DNA from: Lophium mytilinum
Lineage: Eukaryota
Assembly (NCBI GenBank): GCA_010093605.1
Contig: MU004186.1
Span: 1,468,616-1,532,615 of the forward strand
Direction of reading: 5' to 3'
Length of the DNA: 64,000 nt
The position numbers were made by a program, and so were the translations under genes. Shown here piece after piece: positions 44,234 to 56,384 of this stretch. A model generated the notes under the pieces. It had not been told where the DNA came from. It saw only the letters and a list, made by a program, of their open reading frames with translations, and searched no databases. The number at the start of each line of letters is the position of its first letter. Positions within the stretch are counted from its first letter, which is position 1.

Positions 44234-45157
44234 ATATGAAGGTGAGGTGTGGACACTTATCCAAGACAAGCGAACTTAGGTTACCATGACATGAGATTAG
44301 GCACTCTTTGCCACTGCTTGGGGTGCCCTGCTAGGCTTTAGAAACCCTAAATACGATGTAAAGGTCAGCACAGTGGGTATATGATATGCTTTTGACATCA
44401 AAAGTCATTTCAGCTGTATCCCCCCTTACAGTGGCATCACGAGACGAAGAATGAAGCCAGAGTGGTATATCGGTGGGGCCAGCTTTTGGAAGTCTCTATG
44501 GTGCTAGCACACAGGTGCGGGCGCCCCGTCTCCGTCAGTTCGTCCCAATTCATGTTGAGATGCTGGAACACCACAAACAGCGGCAATTAGGCGGATTCCC
44601 AACGTAGGAACCTTGTCTGATTCAAGCTCTTAGGAAGTTTACAACCCGTCAAAGCTGTTAGAATGCGCCGAGGCACCTCTGACGGTGGTGAGCAAATGTG
44701 CCCAGCTTACTGGCACGGTACTGTCAGAACAGTCCAGCGGAGGATGTTGAGTTGGTATAGCCATTTGGCGGCATAGTACAGCTCTGAAACCAAACGTCAG
44801 GGCTACACTCTCACGTCCATAGGCTGGTTGTCGGATTTTGAGACATGAATTATAGACGTCTTGGATTCAGAAAGGTAGTTGGAGCTGATTTCTAGTGGTT
44901 CCCGCCCAGTCTTGCCAACTCTCAACTCACCTGTGTAACTTGATATGAAGATCCGGTGCCCAAGTCCCAATCTTCACGAGCGGTATGTAGCAAGGGACAG
45001 GGTCGAGTATATGTAAGAGAACCAGCCTCCACCCAGCTATCATGTGACCGATGAGTAAAAGTCCGGCCCTGCCCATAGTCCTTCTTGACCTTTTTTTCAG
45101 AAATAAGATCGATGCCTTTAGATTAATTCCACAGGTAGAGTATCACTTACCGCTACG

Positions 45158-46069
45158 CTACTTCTTCAGCACCTTCGATAGCATATTCCACTCCGATCCG
45201 GGCAGGAAAACGCTAATCGTGGAGTGAAACCAATCGGGAAAAGGTTCCGAGGAGAAACCGTCTTCCAGCAACTTCACTGCCTCTTCCTTTGAGCATTTCG
45301 GTAGACCGAGACAGTTCCAAGGCATCTTCGCATCCGGAGAGTAGCACACGAGCTCGAAATCCACTTGCTTAACTCTAGGAGAAGCATTTCTAATGACTTC
45401 AATAGCGCCTTGTATAGCAGACGCTATGGAGCCATTGAAGACGCAAGACCAGAACAGCTTGATCTCCAACCTACGGACCAGCGAGGAATACGGCTTGGGA
45501 ACAACTTCTAATATCCGGCTCAGAGAGATTCCACGATCATCCAGCTTCCCCTTGATCAAGCCAGTGATCATCATTTCGTTGGCCACGAAAGTGTTCTCGC
45601 TGTAGAAGACGGTCTGTGCTTCAGCACGAATCTGTCGACAGACGGCGAACAGGGCGAAATTCACCGGGTCGTCAGCCGGCCCGGGGTAGAATTTGGGCGC
45701 AAGGCGTGGAACCTTCGTGTAGGGGATCTTTTCAATCCGTTCTTTGACAAGAGCCTCTTTATAGATTTGGTTGCGAAGCTCCAAGGCTAAGTCGAGGAAT
45801 GATATGCGGTTCAGATCGGCTTGTTGTGATGGCTTCCACTGGAGGCTGTCCGCTCGGAACTCTTGCGTGATATTGATGGAGCTTGATAAGGGCTTGATCT
45901 CGTAATCTTGATTGTCGCTATGGCGTTCGCACGGCTGGTGGTGGTTTTCGGAGCTACTTGCAGTGTCACTATCGCCAGAGCTCGTTGGTTCATCATCGTT
46001 CTCCTGCATGACCACACTCTTTGGTGGGTCTGGCTCCAGGGCGCCTTCCTCTTGCTCCGGGTCTGCCAT
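45158..46069 (-). CDS. F-box-like protein copy 2
   Basis: ITQEFRADSLQWKPSQQADLNRISFLDLALELRNQIYKEALV...NFALFAVCRQIRAEAQTVFYSENTF...PYSSLVRRL. 5'UTR intron GTAAGC..TAG ends just before the ATG. Confidence 0.82.
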   Translation of the reverse strand: MADPEQEEGALEPDPPKSVVMQENDDEPTSSGDSDTASSSENHHQPCERHSDNQDYEIKPLSSSINITQEFRADSLQWKPSQQADLNRISFLDLALELRNQIYKEALVKERIEKIPYTKVPRLAPKFYPGPADDPVNFALFAVCRQIRAEAQTVFYSENTFVANEMMITGLIKGKLDDRGISLSRILEVVPKPYSSLVRRLEIKLFWSCVFNGSIASAIQGAIEVIRNASPRVKQVDFELVCYSPDAKMPWNCLGLPKCSKEEAVKLLEDGFSSEPFPDWFHSTISVFLPGSEWNMLSKVLKK

Positions 46070-46525
46070 GCCTACAAGCTAGACGGAGTGAGTAGACGTG
46101 ACAGGATCTAGGAGGACTGGCCGGTGCTTACTTTAAGAAGAATTTGCGGGTAGGAGACGGAAGGCAAGAATGAAGAAGGACGGAATGTGAGTTGAGGCAA
46201 GGTCCATGTAGAGGCAGGAGGCGGTGAAGTGGACATGCCAAGCCGGAAGCAGTTGTTAAATTAGGTCACGTCACAGTCAGGAGTTAAGAGACGAGGCACG
46301 TAAGAAGGGGATCAATGGTGAGTAGAGGCTGTTGAAAACCATGTGTATTTGAAGCTCGAAGTTTGAGGCCCAAGTGCACCTTATAGCCATCCTGATATCT
46401 CCTCTGGTCGTCCCAGATGGCCCAATTACCAACTATCATTCTTTCGCAACGGCTTCGATTCAGACAGTTACGGTGACGATAGTCAATCGCTCCGGAGGTT
46501 CGTGGTTTGCCCCAATCGCTCCTAG

Positions 46526-47299
46526 TCAGTGAACTGCGCCGTCTTTTGCTCGCAATAGGGGTTTCCAATCAACCATGATATCCTTGAGTTTGTGAGAGTA
46601 GAATCCAACCCCGTCGAAGGTGATTCCAAAGCCGTCCGGAATTTTGTCCCAGCCAGTCAATGTCTTCAAGAAATTGCGCTCCGACTGGAAGTTCTCTTCT
46701 CGAGATGTAACGTTCAGAAAATGAACAGAAGAGGGGTACTCCCAGAGCATGATCTCAACATGGGCGGAGGGAAACCATTTCCGGATCATACTAGTGTATA
46801 TGGGAAACTCTTTTGGGCGACAAAGCAAATGCCTGAAATCGAATCTGTAATGCACTTGACGGACAAGATCCTTGTAAGGGGCGGGCACCATCATGGCGTA
46901 TCGGCCAGCCTGTTCGAAGGCAAACATCAGGCGAGTGGTGAAGGTGTTGGAGCTATAGTAGATCTTCTGTGCTTCGGCGCGTATCTGACGACAAACCTTG
47001 AACAGAGCCACGTTTGGTTGATTCTGAGGGTTGTACTTGTTGACGTAGCGTTGTGCAGGATCCTCGGGCAGCCAGGTGCAAGTCAGCTCCTCGCAGATGA
47101 GAGCCTCTGTGTAGATCATCTCGCGGAGTTCGAGCGAGAGATCCAGGAAGCTGACGCGGTTGATGTCGGCGGTTTTCGAGGCCTCCCATTCCAGTCCTGC
47201 CAATTTGTGTTGTTCTGATCGATTTTTCGAGGCGTCCTCCAATGCCGCGTCGAGTCTCTTCTCCACCGTAGTAAGATTGCTCATGTCCCAGTGCGCCAT
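46526..47299 (-). CDS. F-box-like protein copy 3
   Basis: GLEWEASKTADINRVSFLDLSLELREMIYTEALI...NVALFKVCRQIRAEAQKIYYSSNTF...PYKDLVRQV. Intron acceptor CAG 11 nt before ATG 47299. Confidence 0.8.
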   Translation of the reverse strand: MAHWDMSNLTTVEKRLDAALEDASKNRSEQHKLAGLEWEASKTADINRVSFLDLSLELREMIYTEALICEELTCTWLPEDPAQRYVNKYNPQNQPNVALFKVCRQIRAEAQKIYYSSNTFTTRLMFAFEQAGRYAMMVPAPYKDLVRQVHYRFDFRHLLCRPKEFPIYTSMIRKWFPSAHVEIMLWEYPSSVHFLNVTSREENFQSERNFLKTLTGWDKIPDGFGITFDGVGFYSHKLKDIMVDWKPLLRAKDGAVH

Positions 47300-47919
47300 C
47301 GTGCCTTGCCCTGCGAATTTGACCACATCAGTGCCTACTCAAGATGTTCAATCAGGATGTGCGAATCTACCGTGAGCGCGACCTCCAGGTCCTTCTGGTT
47401 GTGGTGGACTGGACGTTCAATGACAGAGACGCGAAGGATTGAAACGTGTGAAGTAAAGTGGGGCATCAGATGATGTACGCGCTAAACGCGTCTACATGCG
47501 TACCGACATTGATCCGGCTAGTTTGTGGGCATAGCAGTTGCTCTAATGATGCATCGTAGCTTGGGACACCGAGTTCTATGAACCCCGAAAAAGGCCATTT
47601 CTAATGTGGGAGAGCGAACCACTGGTAAACGCACGCATGGCAAAACTTAGGCACCACGGATATACAACAAGATCACAATGTCAAAATCAGGATGGAGAGG
47701 AAGAAAATATCAGATGACTGGATTGAGGTGAGGTATCCACCTGAGCGGTTGCAGCATTCCATACTCAAACTTGATTGTTTACATCTTTGTTCAGGCGGTC
47801 CAGTGTTGTATGAACTTTATCATAATCCATACTTCGCATGTGATGCAAGTATTCAAAAGACAAAACCTATCCATGATCAAGCAATCGGGCTTCTCCTATC
47901 GAGTGGCAAGGTGAGCCCG

Positions 47920-48843
47920 TTAGACGTTGGCAAATTTGCCGCTTTTCCTAAGTTCCTCCCAGACGACCATCCATTCCTGGGAGTGATGACCGTGATACAG
48001 AGCAAAGACTAACTTGAACCACTTTGGAAGTACCGAGTCGAGGCCGAGCGCATTGCTCAGGATGGTTATAGCTCTCTCCAAGGAAAGCTTCGTAGGATCG
48101 ACTGTTGTCATACTGGGATGACCACGGAGTTCATCGCACCAGAGCTTGAACTCCACTTGCTTGATGGCAGGGAAAGCGTCACTGATCACGGCGACGGCTT
48201 TCTTAGTCGCCTTTGCGGGCAGGCCATCCCCACAGCAGGACCAATTCAGTGACAGCTTGAGGTGTCGGACCAACGTTGAGTAGGGGTCTGTGACGATGAC
48301 GCATGCGCAGGCAAATGGGTCGTGGAAATTCCAAAAGATAGTTCTGTGGTCATCACGGGTGTTCGGATCCTCCAGGAGCCCCACGCGGAAATCGTCCAAT
48401 GCGCCACCTTCTTGCACAAAGGTCGTTGCACCGTAATAAGACTCCTGTGCTTCGGCTCGAACTTGCTGACAGACGGCGAAGAGCGTGAAGTTCGGCGGAT
48501 CATCTGAGGGGTAGAAATTGAAACGGGCTCCGGCTCCATCATGCGACCACGAGCTGCGACACACTTCACCTCTTACGAGGCTTGCTTGGTAGACTTCGTT
48601 ACGAAGCTCGCGAGGGAAGTCGAGAAAACTGAAGCGCTCCGGGTCGGCCTTGTTCGATGACTTCCACACCAAGCCGTCCTTCCTGAACTCTTGGGTGATC
48701 AGAGTGGGTTCCTCTGACTCGGGATCAGATTCTTGGTCGCCGCTGTCTTCAGATCCGGTGAACTCATCTTCGGAGCCGAAATTGGATTCTTCTTCTTCTA
48801 AGCTGAGCTTCCCAGCGTGTTCCTCTGGCTCTGGGACTGCCAT
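47920..48843 (-). CDS. F-box-like protein copy 4
   Basis: MAVPEPEE (compare copy 2 MADPEQEE). ITQEFRKDGLVWKSSNKADPERFSFLDFPRELRNEVYQASLV...NFTLFAVCQQVRAEAQESYYGATTF...PYSTLVRHL. The upstream ATG at 48861 lies inside the 5'UTR intron (GTACGT..GCTGAC..CAG). Confidence 0.8.
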   Translation of the reverse strand: MAVPEPEEHAGKLSLEEEESNFGSEDEFTGSEDSGDQESDPESEEPTLITQEFRKDGLVWKSSNKADPERFSFLDFPRELRNEVYQASLVRGEVCRSSWSHDGAGARFNFYPSDDPPNFTLFAVCQQVRAEAQESYYGATTFVQEGGALDDFRVGLLEDPNTRDDHRTIFWNFHDPFACACVIVTDPYSTLVRHLKLSLNWSCCGDGLPAKATKKAVAVISDAFPAIKQVEFKLWCDELRGHPSMTTVDPTKLSLERAITILSNALGLDSVLPKWFKLVFALYHGHHSQEWMVVWEELRKSGKFANV

Positions 48844-49460
48844 CCTGCCCTGTTCGTTCATTCAAGTCAGCGCATACTCAAGATCCCATCCTTTGAACTC
48901 AAACGTACCTTGCTAGACCTCAAGATCTGAGGCTTGTTGACAGCGGGTGATGTGAGGACGAAGAAAGACCCAAAGTGAGCGGGGGGCAATAGCTTTATAG
49001 TCTAACATACTGACAGGGCACGTGGCTCTAGTGAGTGAAGAGTGAAGGCTCGTGGTGAAGGTCGAGAGTGAAGGAAAGGTCCTGGCAGAGGACGATGCTC
49101 AGCCCACCTTGCTGCCCCGCGGTACAAGGTCGATGAGCGTAGATGTGGGAGATGATGGAGATAGAGATAGATGATGTAAAATGTTTGATTTAGAAAATGA
49201 TTGATACTTTATAATATTTAGAGAGCAAACCTTAGCCAACCGTCTTCACAGCCGAAAGATATCGGAAGTCTGATGCAAGGCGCACGCTCAGTACAATTAT
49301 ACGAGACATAGCTATCTCCTTAGCTGCTCTCAACCCCAAAACTCCTAGTAATACTGAAAGCAAGGTCTCTCAGCCAAGATCCGAAGCCTGTGTCCCAGGC
49401 TGAAATTATCCCGAGCTATCCCAAACGCCGTTCCCATGCACGCTGCAGTAACAAAGCCAA

Positions 49461-50358
49461 CTATGCATCCGACATGAGCTCCACAGGCGGCCTGGACGTT
49501 TTCGTCGTCTTGCCTTGGGCCCTCTCCAGCGCAATCGCGCCCTCGACTCCCTCCATCGCATCCACAGGACTCAGCGCCGGCGTGAGCGTAGTATCCTCGA
49601 CCTCAATCGCCGGCAGATCCAGGCTATCTCCATGATCCTCAGGATGGTACACAATCGTTGAGCTCCGACTCCTCCGCTTCACACCAGGACTCGCCCCCGA
49701 ATTCCCGTCCTCGATCGGGCTTGGCGCCTCAATATGCGCCGCCCTCAGCTTTGCAAGCGCACTCGCCAAATCCTCCGCATGGACCATCTTATTCGGCTCG
49801 CTCTCGTTGTGCATTTCCCAACCGTGTGGCGGGGACGGTGGCGGGCTGATGAAGAAGAGTTTGTCGGCTTTCGGGAGTGGTAAGTGCTGGTCGGTGGGCT
49901 TGATGGGGGTGTGCTGGCCGAAGTAGATGCGAATGCGGTGGCCCATTAGGGTTTCGCCATCGAGGGTCTGGCGGATGAGGATGGCGGCGGGGATGTCAAG
50001 GAAGGAGACGACGATGCGGCGGAAGGATTTGAGGGGCGCCCAGGTGTGGATGGGAGCATGTTGGCTTATCAGGTCTTGGATCTGGATGAGGTTCGCAGGG
50101 TGAAATATCTCGGGTTCGAGGAGGTTCTGGTGTGGTTGTTAGGGGCGTCCTTGAAGGGTGGTGTGGCAATACAAGGGGAAACCTGGATATTGCAGGTTTG
50201 CCTTGGGAAGAGGGACTTACTGTGATTATGAGGGTATTAGAGGGAGGAGACGGCTGGATGAGTTGAGGGAGGTCCGAGAGGTCCAGAGTGAGTGGCGGTT
50301 TATTCTCATCCCTTGAGGATTTCCGCGAGGTGTTTGGTGACGGGAAATCTGCGGCCAT
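49461..50358 (-). CDS. RCN1: Calcipressin / regulator of calcineurin (RCAN)
   Basis: PSPPSNTLIIT, intron, NLL...W.PLKSFRRIVVSF, RIYFGQHT, LFFISPPPSPPHGW, LPAIEVEDT (PxIxIT-like), TSRPPVEL. Confidence 0.93.
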
Positions 50359-51823
50359 TCTGAGAGTTGAGGGATGTCTACCCGCTACAAGAATCGTCTA
50401 AAGTAGCAGATATAGGAGAAGGAAGGTCGTAGGCTTGGTGGTGGTGAGAGGGAAGAAAGAAAGAAGGCGAAGATTTAAGTATACCATGTGGTAGCGGGGG
50501 CTTAGAGGCGACGACGAGGCCAAGAAAGACGGGAGCTTGGTCCAATGACTGCTCAGCCATGGCCGGCCTTCTCGGGCATGCCTGCGACCATTCTGGATTC
50601 TTTTGCACTGCCCCAAACGCAAATCACACGAACGCAAATCCTCCCGTCGCATCGATCCGCGTTTGCGTGGAATCTGGGACTCCGGGCTGTGGCGCTGTAA
50701 CTGCCGCTAGCCGATGGAGTCTCTCGCCCAGGATTTATCGTTGGGCGAATTGCGCGTAGCTGCGTACTCTCCTATCCACATCACAAACATCGTAGGGGAC
50801 ATCCCTGAATCAGATACATCCCTCGCCCTATTCTAGCGGCATTGCTACTCGCCGCCGACTCCTCGCGGCGCAGTCCGAAAAGCAACGCCGGCAAAGGGGC
50901 CTCGTGTGGATGCTTTGCGTTCTTCACGCCTCAGTGTCCTCGCGAGGCTTCGTGAACCTTCTCCGCCTCCCTAGCAGGCAAGGCTTTGCTGCACGCCTTG
51001 GTGCCAACACCTTCCAAGGCCAGTAGCAATCCGGCCGAAGCCTCCAGGGCGTGTGTTAAGGTCATGTCGGCGGCGGCCGGCGGACGAGGTTACAAAGTAT
51101 CGGTGGCGAAGTCAACCCTCATGGCAAACTTTCCCGGGATTGCGGACATCACTTCTTCCGTGATGTGGAAACAACACTCCAAAGGGCTTTGCAAGGCATA
51201 TTTGTCTAGAACTATGCCGCAGTAGTTGCTTACTCCTTGGGATCTTACACGAGTGTCCAAGTAAGCATACGGCATACGACAACTTTTAACAACTGCCAAA
51301 TCGAATATCAAAATACCCTTTCCATCACTTCATGATTTCAAGATGCTCTGACACGTTGTTCTAACAAAGAACTCTAATAGTACCATAAAGTGATCAATGT
51401 ATGCCGCCAAAGATATGTGGAGGTCGCCGATTTGTCTGAAGATGGAGGGATCCCGGGAAACATCTGTATCAGATCAGTTCGGTAGCATGTCTAGTCACTG
51501 CTATGAACCATAAATCATTGCATTCCTCCAATGTTGAAGTGGTGGATGAAGTTGAGGTGGGGGTCATAGTCACGTGATGTAGAGTCGGATAATTGTTACA
51601 GCGAGCGCCGACGACTGCGGCTCAAAGAAGTCGACTTCATTGACGATTCAGCTTCCAAATCCTCACACAGCCTCACCTCCGCCTGCCACCTCAGCTAGTC
51701 CCGTACCTGAAGCTAACACGTGCTGACGCGATCCGCTCAGTACTTTCGCTATCCGCCTGAAACACCAACCTCAGTCCTCGGCCGCGCCTCTTTGTCCTGG
51801 TGTCTCTCACGTCCGCCGCCATC

Positions 51824-52936
51824 ATGGACCCCTACGACATGGAAGGCGGCGCGATCAACGTGCGATTCATTAACGTACAGCCTCCTTTCTCTCAATTCTC
51901 AGCCGTATGCTAATAAGTATGCCCAGGCCGACAGCACGCGCGCCAACTTCCTGATCCAAAACTTCGACCTCGCCACGGCCAACTCACTGCGGCGGGTCAT
52001 GCTCGCCGAAGTCCCCACCATAGCCATAGATGTTGTCGAGGTCCTTGACAACACCTCCGTACTTGCCGACGAGTTCATCTGCCATCGCCTCGGCCTGATT
52101 CCTCTGAATAGCACCAACGTCGACGACCTCCTGGCCTCGCGCGACTGCGACTGCGATGGCTACTGCGAACAATGCAGTGTCGTGCTCACGCTCGACGCGA
52201 AATGTACTGGAAACGACGTAATGAAGGTCTATGCGCGCGACTTAGTAGTCTCAGACGGCCGGCCAAATGAAGAGATTGGCCTGCCAGTCATTACGGACCC
52301 AGATGGTTTCGGGAGCATAATCGTGAAGCTGAGGAAAGGGCAGAGCATCAAGATGAAGTGCGTTGCCAAGAAAGGAATTGCGAAGGAGCACGCAAAGTGG
52401 GCGCCCAGTGCTGCAATCGGGTTTGAGTACGACCCGAACAACAAGCTGCGGCATCTAGATTACTGGTTTGAAGAAGATCCGAAGAAGGAGTGGTAAGTGA
52501 CATCTAACACTACTCAACAAGATGACATAGAGTCTTTGCTTATTCTATTAGGCCCGTCAACGAGCATAACGCAAATATCGATGGCGTCCCTCAAGAGGGC
52601 GAGCCGTTCGACTATGACGCTGTACCCACGCGTTTCTTCTTCGACGTTGAAACTGTCGGTGGCCTCGAGCCTGACCAGATCGTACTCCAGGGCATCAAAG
52701 TCCTACAGCGCAAACTTGCTGGCATAATCGGCGACCTTACTGGTGTAGACGAATCAAATGGCGTGGATGGTTTCGGCGGTGGCCAGAGCCCTCAGATGAA
52801 CGGTGCACAGGGTTACGGAGCTCCTGATCAGGGATTCACGACGCCGTATGGTAACACAAGCGCCTGGGGTGGTGGCGGAGGGGCCACGCCGTATGGCGCG
52901 ACGCCTTACGGTGGCGGCGGTGGGAATCCATGGTGA
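51824..52936 (+). CDS. RPB3: RNA polymerase II subunit Rpb3
   Basis: DLATANSLRRVMLAEVPTIAIDVVEV..NTSVLADEFICHRLGLIPL, CDCDGYCEQCSV, KKGIAKEHAKWAP..AIGFEYDP.NKLRH. Two introns. Gly-rich TPYG tail. TGA 52934-52936. Confidence 0.97.
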
Positions 52937-54227
52937 GGCGTTGTCCACTCTGGCGAACACCACAAATTTGCAGAACTGTGTATTGGGAGCACCTAGGCTT
53001 TCTAAAACTTGACCTCAAGCTTGGACAGCGACTTGGCCCAGTAACTCTATTTGGGTTTTACTCGCATGACATTATGCGAGGACTCTTTTCTGGCGTTTGG
53101 AGATGGCCATTACCAAAAGGGGCATCCAGAGGCGTTCAACAGAGTCACGAAACCTGCACTAGGTAGTTAAGGTATGGCGTGGCTCAAGGGAACCGGGTCA
53201 GGTTTGAACACTCCTAAAAGTCTCTCAGCCTCCATTAGCCTGATAATAAGAGACCAAACTCAAATTCGAATCGAGATTCTTTTCATTGAGACTTCATTCA
53301 CACTATCTCTAAGATTCGTCGAGAATCCTGTCTGATTGAAACTCTCAAAGTTTTCTTTACAACTATCACCCGCGCCACATGGTTTCAGCAGAGCTGGGGT
53401 GACTGAAATAGATTCATCTCAACAGCAGCAAGTGTAAGAAGAAGCTAGTCAACAAGCCAGTAAGTTTAGACCTGCTAGCCGGTTCTCAATCCCTTTCGCC
53501 AGCTTCGTAATCTCATAGTCACTTATCTCCCCGCTACGTTTTCTGGTCCCGGCTGGACCTGCCATCATCCATCAATATGGTGTCGTTTCAACCACATAGA
53601 TCCTACAAGAACTCCTGCAGTATCTTCCGCCTATTTCTTCTTTCCATTGTGCATAATTTCCTCGTACTAGACGTAAAGTCACATCTTATAGCTACACAAT
53701 GGCAAGTTTAGTTCGTTTGATAGTATATTGAGAGCACCTCAAAGCTTTTCTCTTGATCCTCTTCAGTGCAACAATTCGAGTCTGCGGAGGTTCTTAACAT
53801 TGTAGGTGCATCCAATTTACCCTAGTGACACTACCATACGAAATGGCGAAGATAGCTGATCAAGAAGCGGCATCTAGGAGGCAGCCACATGTCCATTTAC
53901 GTTGTGGTATACATTTCGGTTTGCGTTGTCGACTAATGCCGCTCAGTGAATTGCATCTGCACGTTGATGAACAGTCCGCTGTCCTATCGTTGCTGTACAA
54001 ATTTCTTGCATTCACTCCGATAAACCATATTGCCAGCCCATCATTTCTACACAATGTGCTGGGCCCACAATCACTTTCACTCTTCGTCTCCCTTAATAAA
54101 ACCGCACTTCACTTTCGTACCATTCCACAACCACCGCTTCCACTCCTCGATCCTCTTAAAGAAGCACATTTCTGTCTCCCTGTCGTACCATTCCCACACG
54201 GAACCCCTAAACCCCACCACCAGCAAA

Positions 54228-55130
54228 ATGCCACCACCAACCCACACTACCCCCGCTCCAGCCAACGTCCCCCAAGCCCGGCTCAACTTCAGCATCATTC
54301 CAACCCTCTTCGCTCGAATCGCCAGCACCCCTTCTCCCGGCCCCTCAGAACCGCTGGCCCTCCAAGAACGCCAAGGCTTCCTCCTCGCCGCTCTCGACGA
54401 GTACCTCGCCCCGGTCATCCAGGACTGCAACCCCACCCTCACCTCTCACCACTACCATGAAGTCTTCGTCGCCAACCGCGTCGTCACCGGCGGCCTCGCG
54501 TCTGCAGAGGAGCTCGATGGCCTGACGCGATCAGCTCAGCTCGTCGTCCGCGAATTGACCATCCAAGAAGGCATCGCTGATATGATCCCTGCGCGCCCGG
54601 CTTGGTATCTCGAACCTCGGTTCTCAGGCGCCTATGAGCGTCTTCGGCGGACGCTGTCGCTTGACATCCTGTTCGAAGCGCTGCAGTTCCTCGATGGACT
54701 CCAGATGCAGCATGTCTTCGAGGCGTATAGGCGCTTTTGGTGGCGAGAGGGGACGCCGGTAGGGCCCCGGCGTAGGCTGGGTTTTGCACTTTGCCCCTGG
54801 TCGATGGAGAAGCTGGAGAATGTGACGGCGAGGTGCGATGTCCCTGAGGATGCTGAGTGCAGCATTTGCAGAGAGGACATGGAAGGACGGGAGGGGGAAG
54901 AGGAAAAGCATGATGGGGATGATGAGGAGAAGGAAAAGCAGGAAGACCATTATGCTGTTCGTACCGCTTGCGATCATGTCTTCGGAGGCGCCTGCTTGGC
55001 GAGCTGGGTTGGTCGTTTTCGTATCAACAATGCAACTTGCCCCATGTGCCGTCGGATTTTGGTGGAGGTCGATGATAGGGTAGACAAGGCGATCATAAAT
55101 AGGCTGGCACATGCCCTCTTAGACGGCTAG
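54228..55130 (+). CDS. RING-finger domain protein (putative E3 ligase)
   Basis: aaaATG at 54228. ECSICREDM...TACDHVFGGACLASW.......TCPMCR. Confidence 0.78.
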   Translation: MPPPTHTTPAPANVPQARLNFSIIPTLFARIASTPSPGPSEPLALQERQGFLLAALDEYLAPVIQDCNPTLTSHHYHEVFVANRVVTGGLASAEELDGLTRSAQLVVRELTIQEGIADMIPARPAWYLEPRFSGAYERLRRTLSLDILFEALQFLDGLQMQHVFEAYRRFWWREGTPVGPRRRLGFALCPWSMEKLENVTARCDVPEDAECSICREDMEGREGEEEKHDGDDEEKEKQEDHYAVRTACDHVFGGACLASWVGRFRINNATCPMCRRILVEVDDRVDKAIINRLAHALLDG

Positions 55131-55461
55131 AGTTTATAATAAACTTTAGAGTTGATGTTGCTGTGTGCGAGCTACCGAGCATGAAACACATTAGGAAGCT
55201 CAAACTCAATACCAGAAATAGTGCCCAAAACGTGTCCTTCTGTGAATCATGACTGATTGGAAAAATCGTGAATTTATATCCTAGTGAAGAGAAAACAGAT
55301 CGCCGATTCATCCGCAAGAATCAAGTGACTGGTTAAGAGGCTTCAAGTACGCCCAGTAAAGACCTGAGCTAAGAGCCCGCCGACATGCCTCTAATAGAAC
55401 AAACAGTCGTTTATCTCATGTTCCACACCACCCTCTTCGTCCCCCATATGACTTAAACTCA

Positions 55462-55776
55462 TCACCCCAATCTATCGCACCCCTGAACTATCTCCTTCAT
55501 TTCAGTCCCAATATCCTCTTCTTTTTCCTGCTCAAGAAACCAATTTCGTAGATCCCACAATCCCCTAATTCGACGAATGGCGTGTGTGACATAAGCTAAG
55601 CGAGGATGGGCAGGTATGCATGCGGCAATAACTGTTGACCAGTGTTCAGTGATTTCTCGCCTGTTTGGAAGCGCTGGTGCATTGTTGTTCGGGGGAGGAA
55701 CACCGGTGGACCTCGAGCAGGTAGCGTTAGGGGCGGTGGTGGAGGTGGAACTGTGGGGGAGCGAGAGGTATTGCAT
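55462..55776 (-). CDS. Hypothetical small protein
   Basis: MQYLSLPHSSTSTTAP...EITEHWSTVIAACIP...WFLEQEKEEDIG. Only weak resemblance to the N-terminus of the adjacent RING protein. Confidence 0.25.
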   Translation of the reverse strand: MQYLSLPHSSTSTTAPNATCSRSTGVPPPNNNAPALPNRREITEHWSTVIAACIPAHPRLAYVTHAIRRIRGLWDLRNWFLEQEKEEDIGTEMKEIVQGCDRLG

Positions 55777-56384
55777 CGTGGACTGTCTTTGACAGGATCG
55801 AAGACGCTTCTTAGAGGACATTTGGTGGCCGTCGCCGCAATTTTTGCGAGTGTGCGTGGTAAGTTCGAAGCTGTACGTAGGAAGCAACGCGAGGAAATGA
55901 CACATTTGTTTGAAAAAGATCTAAGGTCTGAATTGTGAACAACGGTAGCGAAGGTACCCTGTCGTCCCCATCCGTGGTTGCGTATCAAAGCTTGCTTCGT
56001 CAACCGGTACCAAGAATCACTCACTATCACCTTTCCAATTAGCACGCACCAAAAATAGAGATCATAGAGTCATATTGAATTGATCCCCAGATCCCATCAT
56101 CCCAACCAAAAAGCGATGTCTTCCAAGACAGGCCTATAGCTGAAGTATCGTGATTCTTATATTACAAACTCTATGTCATCATTCGAGGTTCCATACATGA
56201 TTTGGTGTCGACCGTGCGAGGAGAGGGGATATAAGTACACTGGATCGATCTAATAACGCCATTCTTTTTTTGCGCAATGGCCGAGCCGAAAGACTGTTTA
56301 TACAAATGCGAGAAGGGGGAGGAGTGGATGGGGGGATGACGAGGTAGTGGCTGGAGCCTGAGGCAAATATGGCGCGGCGGTGCT

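Noticed and set aside
44060..44269. Leu/Pro- and Thr/Ser-repeat ORFs
   Set aside because: Translation artefacts of the 12-bp minisatellite.
50400..51100. GAGGC/GTGGC words upstream of calcipressin as Crz1 sites
   Set aside because: Plausible biologically, but the motif is too short and the region too GC-rich to support by eye.
1000..51580. Recurrent (T/G)CACGTG boxes in intergenic regions (for example 1004, 1163, 6757, 6781, 24121, 39304, 51570)
   Set aside because: Common bHLH/Cbf1-type promoter motif in ascomycetes; no specific system can be inferred.
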